The notes beneath the pieces are model-generated. The model saw nothing but the letters and a program-made list of their open reading frames with translations, made no database searches and was not told the origin of the DNA. Positions 1 through 8,700 of a DNA stretch of 64,000 bases are shown here, piece after piece. This stretch comes from an uncultured Myxococcales bacterium (GTDB lineage: Bacteria > Myxococcota_A > UBA9042), in assembly GCA_903896545.1 (NCBI GenBank), contig CAITYF010000151.1, positions 42,272 to 106,271 on the forward strand. Direction: 5' to 3'. Position numbers and translations under genes: made by a program. Within the stretch, counting starts at the first letter, position 1; each line of letters starts with the position of its first letter.

Positions 1-716
1 GAGTGTGCAAGGTCGGTGTAGAGCACTTCGTCGCCCAAAAGCACCGCGTTGGCACCCATTGCGTCGAGCGCGTACAGGTCTTGCTCCAAACGCCCAGGAA
101 TCGCCACTGCACGCGAGGCCGGCGTTTCATCCGCCACGCGTTTGCTGCGCGCCAGCACCTGAAGGTACTTGCGATCGGGCGTCACCACGCACAAAGAAGC
201 GTAGAACGCGAGTTCATTGGCCTCGATTTCGAACATCACCGCGCGCGCCAGACTCGCCAAATCTTCGCAGTGGACGCCCGCTTGATTGACCCGATTCAGC
301 AGTTGCAGGCGTTTGATCTGGTCCCATGCCTCGTGCTCGCGCGTCCGTTCCTGCGTGACGTCGCGCGCGATGCTGATCACCCACGCTTTTGCGCCGATCT
401 GCGTTTGGCCAATCGAGATCTGCAGGTCAAACAGGCTGCCGTCACGGCGCTGCGCCGAGACCACGCGCCGCAACATGGGCGGTCGGTTCGAGGTCGCCAA
501 GTGCTGCGTTCGGATACCAACGTGGGCGGTTCGACTCGGTTGGGGCACGAGGACTTCGATCGGCTGCCCAACCAACTCCGCGCGCAGCCAACCAAAAAGC
601 CTTTCTGTCGTCGCATTGACGTAGTGAATCACGCCGTGATCGTCGCTCAGGATCACAGCGTCCAGAACGCCTTCCAGCAACGCTTCAAGCGTAGAAAGGG
701 GCACGTTTCCGTCCAC
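1..716 (-). CDS. PAS (plus probable GAF) domain sensor protein, N-terminal part only; the gene runs off the window start
   Basis: Reverse-strand translation from GTG at 716 (an in-frame TGA lies just upstream at 723-725) reads VDGNVPLSTLEALLEGVLDAVILSDDHGVIHYVNATTERLFGWLRAELVGQPIEVLVPQ...RRDGSLFDLQISIGQTQIGAKAWVISIARDVTQERTREHE. This is a canonical PAS fold, followed by GAF-like sequence. It is absent from the ORF track because no stop codon falls inside the window. Confidence 0.6.
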   Translation of the reverse strand, partial: MDGNVPLSTLEALLEGVLDAVILSDDHGVIHYVNATTERLFGWLRAELVGQPIEVLVPQPSRTAHVGIRTQHLATSNRPPMLRRVVSAQRRDGSLFDLQISIGQTQIGAKAWVISIARDVTQERTREHEAWDQIKRLQLLNRVNQAGVHCEDLASLARAVMFEIEANELAFYASLCVVTPDRKYLQVLARSKRVADETPASRAVAIPGRLEQDLYALDAMGANAVLLGDEVLYTDLAH

Positions 717-777
717 ATGCCATCATCGTCGGCCACGGCATCTGACCAGAACGCGTGAAACACGTCATTGATCGTCG

Positions 778-1569
778 TCAACGGCGTGCGGGGCGGGTCT
801 GCACCTTGCCGGCCAGGCTCAAGCCGTCGCGGTCGGTGATGACCCAACGTCTGGTCTCGCCGCGGATGCAGCCGTCGCGTTCCAGTTCGCCCAAGGCGCG
901 GCACGCGGTTTCTTGTGCAAGACCGACAACACCCGCCAAATCCGCGAGCGTCATGGTCTTTTGCACACAGTATTGGCCGTCTTCGCCTGCCCGTGCATGG
1001 CGCGCGAGCCACGCCGCCACTTTTGCGGTCGAACGCACCGTTCCCAGACATACCTGAAGCGCACGGGCCTCGCGCAGTTGGCCAATGAGCCGCCGCGTCA
1101 TGTACTTGCCCAGCTGCGACGAATGGCGCAACGCCTCGATCATGTCCGGCTTGGGCATGCCGCAGACTTCCGCCGCACGCAGGGCAATCGCCGAAACTTC
1201 GTGGATTCCCTCATCCAGTGTATCCAAACCCACCATCTCGCCGGGGCCAAAGACGCCGAGCACGTGTTCGCGTCCCGTCGTGTCGACCGTCACCAGCTTG
1301 AGCTGGCCGCCGCGCACGGTGTAGACAGTCGTGGCTGGCTCGCCTTCGCGGAACAACACCTCGCGCGGCGCCAGCTTGCGCGACGCGGCCTGAACGCAGA
1401 GCTTGGCGGAAGCCGCGTCTCCAGCCTTGGAGGCGTTGTTGAACATGCAATCGGAGCAACCGACAGACCGACCTTGTTTGGGAAGCACTGTTTTCACGCG
1501 GTCACCGGGGGAAATGGGCCTACCAGCTGGGCCAGCGCAAACGCCGCACACAACGCCAATGTCGCGCAA
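778..1569 (-). CDS. Crp/Fnr-family transcriptional regulator (cNMP-binding effector domain plus C-terminal HTH)
   Basis: Effector domain REVLFREGEPATTVYTVRGGQLKL..GEMVGLDTL and HTH MTLADLAGVVGLAQETACRALGELERDG. The 1569 start is a TTG that adds an N-terminal extension with 4 Cys (C8, C11, C38, C41). An alternative ATG at 1446 gives a classic 222-aa Crp. Confidence 0.8.
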   Translation of the reverse strand: MRDIGVVCGVCAGPAGRPISPGDRVKTVLPKQGRSVGCSDCMFNNASKAGDAASAKLCVQAASRKLAPREVLFREGEPATTVYTVRGGQLKLVTVDTTGREHVLGVFGPGEMVGLDTLDEGIHEVSAIALRAAEVCGMPKPDMIEALRHSSQLGKYMTRRLIGQLREARALQVCLGTVRSTAKVAAWLARHARAGEDGQYCVQKTMTLADLAGVVGLAQETACRALGELERDGCIRGETRRWVITDRDGLSLAGKVQTRPARR

Positions 1570-1596
1570 ACGGTAACGCCTTTCGCGGCAAAGTCA

Positions 1597-1610
1597 TTGA
1601 CTACGGTCAA
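1597..1610. promoter_or_regulatory. Perfect FNR/CRP-type palindrome TTGAC-tacg-GTCAA upstream of the Crp/Fnr gene
   Basis: Seen directly in the sequence: 5-4-5 inverted repeat matching the FNR box architecture (TTGAT-N4-ATCAA). It lies 28-41 bp upstream of the TTG start at 1569. Confidence 0.5.
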
Positions 1611-1758
1611 GACTCGTTACCGCGATCATGCGCCTGCCGCAGGGCACACGGGCAGAACGTCACACACACCTTCACGATTTTAGCGATCGCATTGGCGCCG
1701 TCAGAATCCGAAATGTCACAAATGCAGGCGCAAGGCCGCCCTCAGCCGACTATGGCCT

Positions 1759-3558
1759 CTAATGAGCGCCGCGTCCAGACGGCTTGGCGTGCCAAATCCG
1801 CAGGCAAAGCAAAAAGCCAATGACGCCAAATGGAAACAGGAATAACGGCCAATATGTCCAGCTGCGGGTCGTCAGCCAGCCCAGCGCGACGGATTGCAAG
1901 GCAGTGCCCAGGTAGACAAAGCCGTCGATGACGCCAACCGCGGTGCCGGCTCCCTGCTTGCCGCCAAAGTCCATCGTCGCGGTGCCTGATAGGACGCCGT
2001 GGACGCCGATGACCGACAAACTGACAAGGAATACCATCAGCCCAAGCCACAGCGCGGACATCGGCAATTGCGGCTGATCCTTGAGGATTCTCTTGTCGCC
2101 GGCGCGTTGAATCGGCGACGGATCGCGCAGTTGGATCGCCTGATCAACGCCCCCGCGGTGAATGCGCGCAGAAATCGTCGGCGCAAGCGCAGTGACCTTG
2201 CCAGTGGGCTTTTCACCCGTACACATGCACGTTTTTGCGTTCCAAACCGAGTCCTGACACGCAGGCTGCACGCAGGCCACGGCAGGCGTGACGTCGGCCC
2301 AGCCTTTGATCGGCTTTCCGGCGATTTCAAGGACTTCATCACCGGGTTGCAAGCCGCTCTTCGGGTCGGCCACTGCGACAATGTTCGTCGGCGGCGCGAG
2401 CGTCAGCCACATGCCGATCGCCAGGATTCCCAGAAGGGCGTAGAGACCGCCTGCGACGGGTCCACGGCGACTCTGGAACAGCAGGTCGGACAGCCAGCCC
2501 GCAAGGTTGCCGCCAACGACGCCCGCGATGAAGAGCAAGCCGCCCCAACCGCCCTGGAAGAACGGCACGAGGACGACAAGGCTCGCGGTGACGACCAGCC
2601 AGCCCTTGATCTTGCCGCGGGCGCGGCTGGCGATGAGCGCCGTGACGGTTCCGAACGCAAAACTGGCGCCCAGAAGCGGCAAATTCGTCCAAGCGCCCAT
2701 CATGAGGACGTGATCCTTGGGCAGAATCCAGACCTCTTTGGCGTAGATTGGGAACCAGTGCATGATGCCGTTGCGCAGGACACCGGTGCAGAATTCGATG
2801 CCCGCAACCGTCATGATCACGGGATTGGTCAGGATGCGCTTGAGCAAGACGGCGGTGGGCACCGGTGCGTCGGACTCGCCCGATGAAGCATCGCCCGTAT
2901 CAAAGTCCAGATGACCGGTTTCACTCGGCTTGTCGCGCAGGAGCGCGATTTCAACGATGCCAAAGACAAGCAGAAGCAGTGCGGGGCCAGCAAACACGAT
3001 CCACTGATTGCCGCCGCCGGGCCAGATCGCATTCGCGCCGTCGAGCAACCAGCCGTTGACGGTGAATGCGAGGAAAATACCTGACGAGATCATCGTGCCA
3101 AAAATGCCGGAGAAGCCGCCGCGTTCACCGACGTGAAACCAGTGGGCGTTGACCTTGACGATCGAAACAGCGCCAAAACTTTGGAAATACATGTTGACGG
3201 CGTAGAGAACGCTCAGCCAAAACGTGATGTGCTGAAAATGGCCGGTCGTCATGCTGTAGACGAAGAAGCCGATGGCGAGGTTGGCCAGCGCACTGCCAAA
3301 AGCAGCGGCGAGGATGCCTTTGCGGCCGCCCAGTCGGTCGACCAGCGGCCCGTTGAACAGAAACGAAATCGCGTAGACGAGCGTGCCGGCGCCAAAGATG
3401 TAGCCGAAGTCTTCTTTGGTGATGCGCTCACCCAGCGAGGTCTTGGCGACCGTCAGGTTGTAGCGCGCCATGTACAGAAGCGCATACGTGAGGCCCATCG
3501 GGAACCAGTTCCAGAAGCGTCGAACGCGAAATGCCTGGCTGTGCTGTGGGACGGTCAT
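1759..3558 (-). CDS. MFS transporter of the organophosphate:Pi antiporter (GlpT/UhpC) type, with a ~110-aa inserted PDZ-like/Cys4 module
   Basis: N-terminal region RRFWNWFPMGLTYALLYMARYNLTVA is typical of GlpT/UhpC, and the protein has about 12 hydrophobic helices. An insert between C-terminal helices reads SGLQPGDEVLEIAGKPIKGW...ACVQPACQDSVWNAKTCMCTGE. I place the start at M19 (MTVPQ) of the ORF. Confidence 0.8.
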   Translation of the reverse strand: MTVPQHSQAFRVRRFWNWFPMGLTYALLYMARYNLTVAKTSLGERITKEDFGYIFGAGTLVYAISFLFNGPLVDRLGGRKGILAAAFGSALANLAIGFFVYSMTTGHFQHITFWLSVLYAVNMYFQSFGAVSIVKVNAHWFHVGERGGFSGIFGTMISSGIFLAFTVNGWLLDGANAIWPGGGNQWIVFAGPALLLLVFGIVEIALLRDKPSETGHLDFDTGDASSGESDAPVPTAVLLKRILTNPVIMTVAGIEFCTGVLRNGIMHWFPIYAKEVWILPKDHVLMMGAWTNLPLLGASFAFGTVTALIASRARGKIKGWLVVTASLVVLVPFFQGGWGGLLFIAGVVGGNLAGWLSDLLFQSRRGPVAGGLYALLGILAIGMWLTLAPPTNIVAVADPKSGLQPGDEVLEIAGKPIKGWADVTPAVACVQPACQDSVWNAKTCMCTGEKPTGKVTALAPTISARIHRGGVDQAIQLRDPSPIQRAGDKRILKDQPQLPMSALWLGLMVFLVSLSVIGVHGVLSGTATMDFGGKQGAGTAVGVIDGFVYLGTALQSVALGWLTTRSWTYWPLFLFPFGVIGFLLCLRIWHAKPSGRGAH

Positions 3559-3691
3559 GCGCGGAGCCTCGGTGGCGAAGTGCCGCGTCGATTCTTGGCA
3601 TGAAGTGGCCAAAGCGCAACTGCCTCGCGCGCAAAGCCCGTGCGACAGAAATGTGACAGATTGGCGACAATTTGCTACTTTGGACTCCCTG

Positions 3692-5224
3692 ATGACCCAC
3701 CTGCAACACCCTGAACTTCTTACAAATCCCGACGCGCCGCCGCTGCAACTTCGCGTTGCCGCACACGATCAGTCGCGCGTGGAGTGGATTTGCACCGTGC
3801 CGATGGCGCCGCCGGGTGTGACGCAGAACTACCAGGTGACGTTTGAGTTCGAAATTCCCGACGCGATTTGGGTGCCACACGATCCGTGGAAGCGGTACCA
3901 AGTGCGAACCCGGCTGACGAGCCCGAAGTGGCAGATCAACGCCCGTCGGCCGGACGCGCCCGATCCGCGCGATCGCTTGCGTCTGCAGGCGCTGTCGGTG
4001 GCGCATGCGTTGCGGGTCGCGGGGCGACTGCCCGTCACGACGCTTCTCGCAGCGCAGCGCCGCGACGGCGTGTTGCAGACGGAAGAAGCGCAGCGCGCGA
4101 TCGAAGCGCTACACCTCGCGCTTCTGCCGGCGCAAGAGCACCGCAAACTCTTGGCGGAGATTGCCCCTACTGCGGACGCGTCGCTTCAGCGCGAGCAACT
4201 GCTGGCCGATGAGTACGTGTCGGGCCACGTTCTGCTGCTGCTGACACGGGTGCGCGCGGCGCTGCAGGCACGCCATACCCGCAAGGCGAGGCTTCTGGCT
4301 GGCGATGTCCAGCCGGTGATGGATGCGCTCGCCGCAGCGCTGGCCGCCGAGCATGCCCACCGCACCGAACGGCAGATGCGGCAGCCCGCGCCGCACACTG
4401 TGGCTGAAGTCGAAGCGTACGTGAACCGCGCGGCGCAGCTGAAAAAACACTTCCAGCAAGCGCTTTTCTTGGACGCGACGGCCTTTATGCTGGACGAGCG
4501 CCTGCGCAACTGGATCGCCGCGACGATGGCGATGGTGGCGGCGGTCTTTTACTTTGCCTGGCAGATTTCAGTGCTGAACGCCGTGACCACGGGTGCGACG
4601 ACGGTGTCGCTCGCGCTGGCAGCGCTGGTCGGCGCGCTTGTGTACGCGGCGAAGGATCGGATCAAAGAAGTGGGACGCTCGTGGCTGGCGGAGAAGCTCA
4701 AGCACACGTATGCCGATCGCATCGCGCGCTTGCGGCTGCAAGAACGGATGGACCCGCAGCGCAGCGAGTTCGTTCTGGCGCGCGAGACCATCACGATGCA
4801 CAAGTATCTGGAGCCGGATCGTTTCAACCCGGAGTTGGGGCGGACCACGCCGGTGCACCGCCTCCGGATCCGCGAGCGGCTGCGCCACACCGGGCTGGCA
4901 CAGCTGCAGGCGCAGGGGCTGCTCGGCTTGAAGCACGTGTTCCGATACGACCTCTCGCCCCTGCTGGCCAAGTTGGACGATCACGAAAAGCACGTGCCTG
5001 TCGCGGGGCCGCACGGCGTCACGTTGCGCGCAGGTTCGCGGGTGTACGTGTTGCCAGTCGTCGTGCGGCTCTCCCGCCAAGAGGCCGACGGCGATCGCGA
5101 ATTGCTGTGTCAGCGCGGGCACTTGCTGCTGCGCGGACGGCAGCTGGTGCGCTTTTCACCCCACGTCGGGCCGGTGGATGGGGCGCGCACCACGCCAATG
5201 GTCGATGGACGGGAATTTGGCTGA
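3692..5224 (+). CDS. Hypothetical protein with a central pair of transmembrane helices
   Basis: The long ORF is trimmed to MTHLQHPELL (M75) so it does not overlap the convergent MFS gene. Central hydrophobic hairpin WIAATMAMVAAVFYFAWQISVLNAVTTGATTVSLALAALVGALVYAA. I recognise no family. Confidence 0.55.
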   Translation: MTHLQHPELLTNPDAPPLQLRVAAHDQSRVEWICTVPMAPPGVTQNYQVTFEFEIPDAIWVPHDPWKRYQVRTRLTSPKWQINARRPDAPDPRDRLRLQALSVAHALRVAGRLPVTTLLAAQRRDGVLQTEEAQRAIEALHLALLPAQEHRKLLAEIAPTADASLQREQLLADEYVSGHVLLLLTRVRAALQARHTRKARLLAGDVQPVMDALAAALAAEHAHRTERQMRQPAPHTVAEVEAYVNRAAQLKKHFQQALFLDATAFMLDERLRNWIAATMAMVAAVFYFAWQISVLNAVTTGATTVSLALAALVGALVYAAKDRIKEVGRSWLAEKLKHTYADRIARLRLQERMDPQRSEFVLARETITMHKYLEPDRFNPELGRTTPVHRLRIRERLRHTGLAQLQAQGLLGLKHVFRYDLSPLLAKLDDHEKHVPVAGPHGVTLRAGSRVYVLPVVVRLSRQEADGDRELLCQRGHLLLRGRQLVRFSPHVGPVDGARTTPMVDGREFG

Positions 5225-5269
5225 ACACGGCGGGTTATGGCACCCTCCAACGCCCAACGCGAGGAAGAC

Positions 5270-5605
5270 ATGCGAATCGTTGACAAACCCTGGGGCCACG
5301 AAGAGATCTGGGCGGAAACAGCGCGTTATGCTGGGAAATTCTTGATCATTTCTGCTGGTGAGATGCTGTCACGGCAGTACCACGAGAAGAAAGAAGAGAC
5401 GATCCACGTGCTCGACGGGGTGCTGATTTTGGAGATTGGCAAGGACCCGCCCCAGCGTCTGTTGCTGCAACCCGGTGAGACCTACCACGTGAAACCCGGC
5501 ACAATTCATCGCTTTTGCGCTGGAGAGACCGACGTGCGGCTCGTGGAAGTCAGCACGCCTGAGCTCGATGACGTCGTGCGCTTGGAAGACAAGTATGCGC
5601 GATGA
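5270..5605 (+). CDS. Cupin-domain protein (cupin_2, similar to the mannose-6-phosphate isomerase C-terminal domain)
   Basis: WGHEEIW...SRQYHEKKEETIHVLDGVLILEIG...PGETYHVKPGTIHRF is a cupin beta-barrel motif. GAGGAAG ribosome-binding site before ATG 5270. Confidence 0.7.
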   Translation: MRIVDKPWGHEEIWAETARYAGKFLIISAGEMLSRQYHEKKEETIHVLDGVLILEIGKDPPQRLLLQPGETYHVKPGTIHRFCAGETDVRLVEVSTPELDDVVRLEDKYAR

Positions 5606-5710
5606 TTCGACCGCTTGGATGCTTGTCGAGGGCACTTTCGCCAGCTAGACTCGCCCGAGGATGTTGGTTCGTCGGCGCTGTGCCGCAACCTTAGCTAGGA
5701 GCACACTTCG

Positions 5711-8700
5711 ATGCAGCAGCCGGCCGGTAGTGCAGCCCTGCCCATCGAGGCGGATATCGAGAAAATCTCAGCTGTTTTGCGCGAGGATATGACCGCGGCG
5801 GTGTTGGCTGAAATGGCCGAACGCCTGCTGCAGTTGTCGGCCGCGGAACTGCACCCGCGCCTGCGCGCAGCGCTTCTGGACCGCGCGGGCTCGCTCTGTG
5901 GACACGCCGACCCGGCACGAGCGCTCAGCTTGTGGCTTGAATCCTTTCGCCTTTTCCCCGATCCACCGGTAGGGCGTCGGCTTGCGGTTCTCGCTGCGGA
6001 CGATCCCAACTTCGCGCGGCTGAACCGACTCGGACATCTCGTCGATGCGATAGCGGAGCTCGCGCCACCCGCACAGCGCCCCGACGACTTGGCGGCCGCG
6101 GCGCAGTATCACATTCAACAGGGCCACGGCACTTCAGCGCAAGCAGCGCTGGCCAAGCTGGCGGAAATCGCGCCGCACCATCCGCAACTGCTGGAACTGT
6201 CCGATGTCGCACTGCAGCAGGCGGAATCCCGCGCCGACGCGCTACAGACGATGCGCTTTGAGTTGGCGAACGCGTCGGACGACGAGCGCGCGCGGTTGCT
6301 GATCGGCTACGCGGACATGCTGCTGCACGGCGATGAGCCGCTGAACGACGCTGCGGCAGTCCTTGCTGATGCTGTCGATGCCGGCGTTTCACCTGCGGAA
6401 ATTGCGCCGATGTGGGTTGAAGTGGCCCGGGCAATGGGCGACGGACCGCAGCTTGCCCGCGCGTTGGCGCTGGCGATTGGCGATGAATCGAATCCACTGC
6501 GCCTGCAATACGCCGATGAACTGACAAACTTGCCGGACATCGAGCGCACGGAGCCCTTGGCGGCAATCGCGGCGCTGCGCCTGCTCAACGCGGTGATGCC
6601 GGATGACGTTGCGCTTCAATCGCGCTTGGCGGTGACGGAAGCGTTCGCAGAAGGCGTGGGCGCGGAAGCGTCGCTGGAAGCCCTCCGCCTGAAGGCGATG
6701 CAGACGCGGGACCGCGTGCTGGAGTCGGCCGCGTGCCTCGCGCTGGCGCAGATCGCCCAGACGACCGGCGATCTGGAGAAGGCCGAGCGGCATTTCCGAC
6801 GCGTACGGAGCCTGTCGCCACAGAACCCGGAAGCGCTGGATTTCTTCGAGCAATGGTACCGGCGCGCTGGCGATCATCGGCGCCTCTTTGCCGCCTTGAC
6901 CCAGCGTGCAGCGCAAAGCGATGGCCGCGTCCTGGTGCGGATCGCGCTGGAGATGGCGCAGTTGGCGGAAGGCCCCTTGGCGGCGCTCGACCCGACGACC
7001 GCGACCGAGCGAGCGATCGAGGCGTACCAGCGCGTCCTCAGCGTGCAGCCCGACCACATGGACGCGATCGCCGCGTTGGAACGTCTGCTGACGGCAGGCG
7101 AACGCTGGCCAGAACTCGCGGCGCTGTTGGCCCGCAGCGCCCATGTTTTTGCACCACGCGCCGTCATCGACACCTCGGCGCGCGATTTTGCGATCGCAAT
7201 TTGGAATCGCCTGGCGGCGTTGAATTCGGACAAGACGCGACTGCCGGACACCGATGCGGCACTGGAAGCGCGGCTGCGGGTGTTGGATCTCGATCCGCGC
7301 AATCCTGACGCGCTGCAGGCGGTCGTTGCGACGCTGGAGAGCACGAACGATTGGAACGCCGTGCGGGACATGCTGCTGACCGCGGTGGAGGCGGCCGAGG
7401 ACCCGCACGAGCTCGCGTCTCTGTCGCAGCAGTTGGGCGAAGTCTACCGAACCCACCTGAACAATCCCGAAGAAGCAGCGACTTGGCTGGATCGCGCGGC
7501 GATGAGCGAACCCGATCGTGCCGATGCACGCTTGCAGGCGCAGGCGCTGTGGCGCGCGCGCGGCGATCGCGACCGGCTGCTCGACGCGTTGATGGCCGAT
7601 CTCCGCTCGCGGTGGGGCCGCCACCCGACCGAAGTCACGCTTCAAGAAGCGCTCGCGCTGACACCGGAATCCGAGCGTGAAACGGTCGGGGCGATCCTGG
7701 AAGAAGCCGCGCAGCTGGCAACAACTGCAGCTGGAAGCCCCTTCAGTCCGCAAACGCAGAGCTTCTTGGGTGCACTTTGGAGTCTGCTCGTCGCGCTGCA
7801 ACCCGGCCATCTGCACGCGCTCGACGCGCTGCACGCGCTGTGGGCTCAGAACAATTCCGGCCTGCTGGTTGATTTGCTGCAGACGCAAGCCGCGCTCCCC
7901 AACCTACCGGCATCGCGCAAGATCGCCGTGTTGGAGCGCCTTTGCCCGCTGCTGGCGAGCGCCGCCTCAAACGATCCGGAAACCGCACACGCCGCGCTGA
8001 CCGCTGCGGACCAACTCAGTGGTTTGGTGCCGGACGCGATGCTCGCACGGACGACGCGTCTGCACGCGCTTGTGGCCCTGGGTGACATTGCTGCGCTTCG
8101 TGCCACTTACGCACATGACGACGACGGTGCGGCCGCGTTTGCCGAGTCCGTTGCCGCAGTTGCCGAACAGAAGCCGTTGGAGGCGCGCGTTGGGCTGCTT
8201 CGGTCGGCAGCGGACGCGATCGCCGCGACGGGGCAAGCTGGACGCGCGACCGAACTTCTGGCAGATGCGCTGCACACCGCAGAGCAAATGGAAGCGTCGG
8301 ACGTGCGGCAGACGACCATCGTGGCGACGGCGGAAGCCCTGCTCACTGCCGCGCGTGACGCCGGTTTTGTCGGTCTGGAACGCCTCGCTGTAGAGACACT
8401 CGCCACGCACGCGCCGGTCGAGGACCTGCCGCGTTACAAGAAGATGCGCACGGCGCTGCTCGTTTCGGCCGGTCTCTGGTCCGACGCAACCGCCGCTGCC
8501 GCGGACTGGATCGAAGAACTTCTTGCCAATGGCGATTTTGCGGACCTTGCCGAGGCGATCGCCGAGTTGAACGAAGCCGCACGTCGAGCGGGTGAACTTG
8601 ACACGGTGCCGCACCGCTTGCTGGCATGGGCCGAAGTGGTCCCGCCGGAAAACGATGGACTCGCGCTGCGTGTGAAGCTGTGGTTGGACGCGGCGAACCA

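Noticed and set aside
3-758. 251-aa plus-strand ORF at the window start
   Set aside because: Arg/His-rich nonsense translation. It lies antisense to the well-supported PAS-domain gene on the minus strand.
6389-7888. 499-aa minus-strand ORF inside the giant TPR gene
   Set aside because: An antisense shadow. The plus-strand TPR frame is continuous over 9 kb and far better supported.
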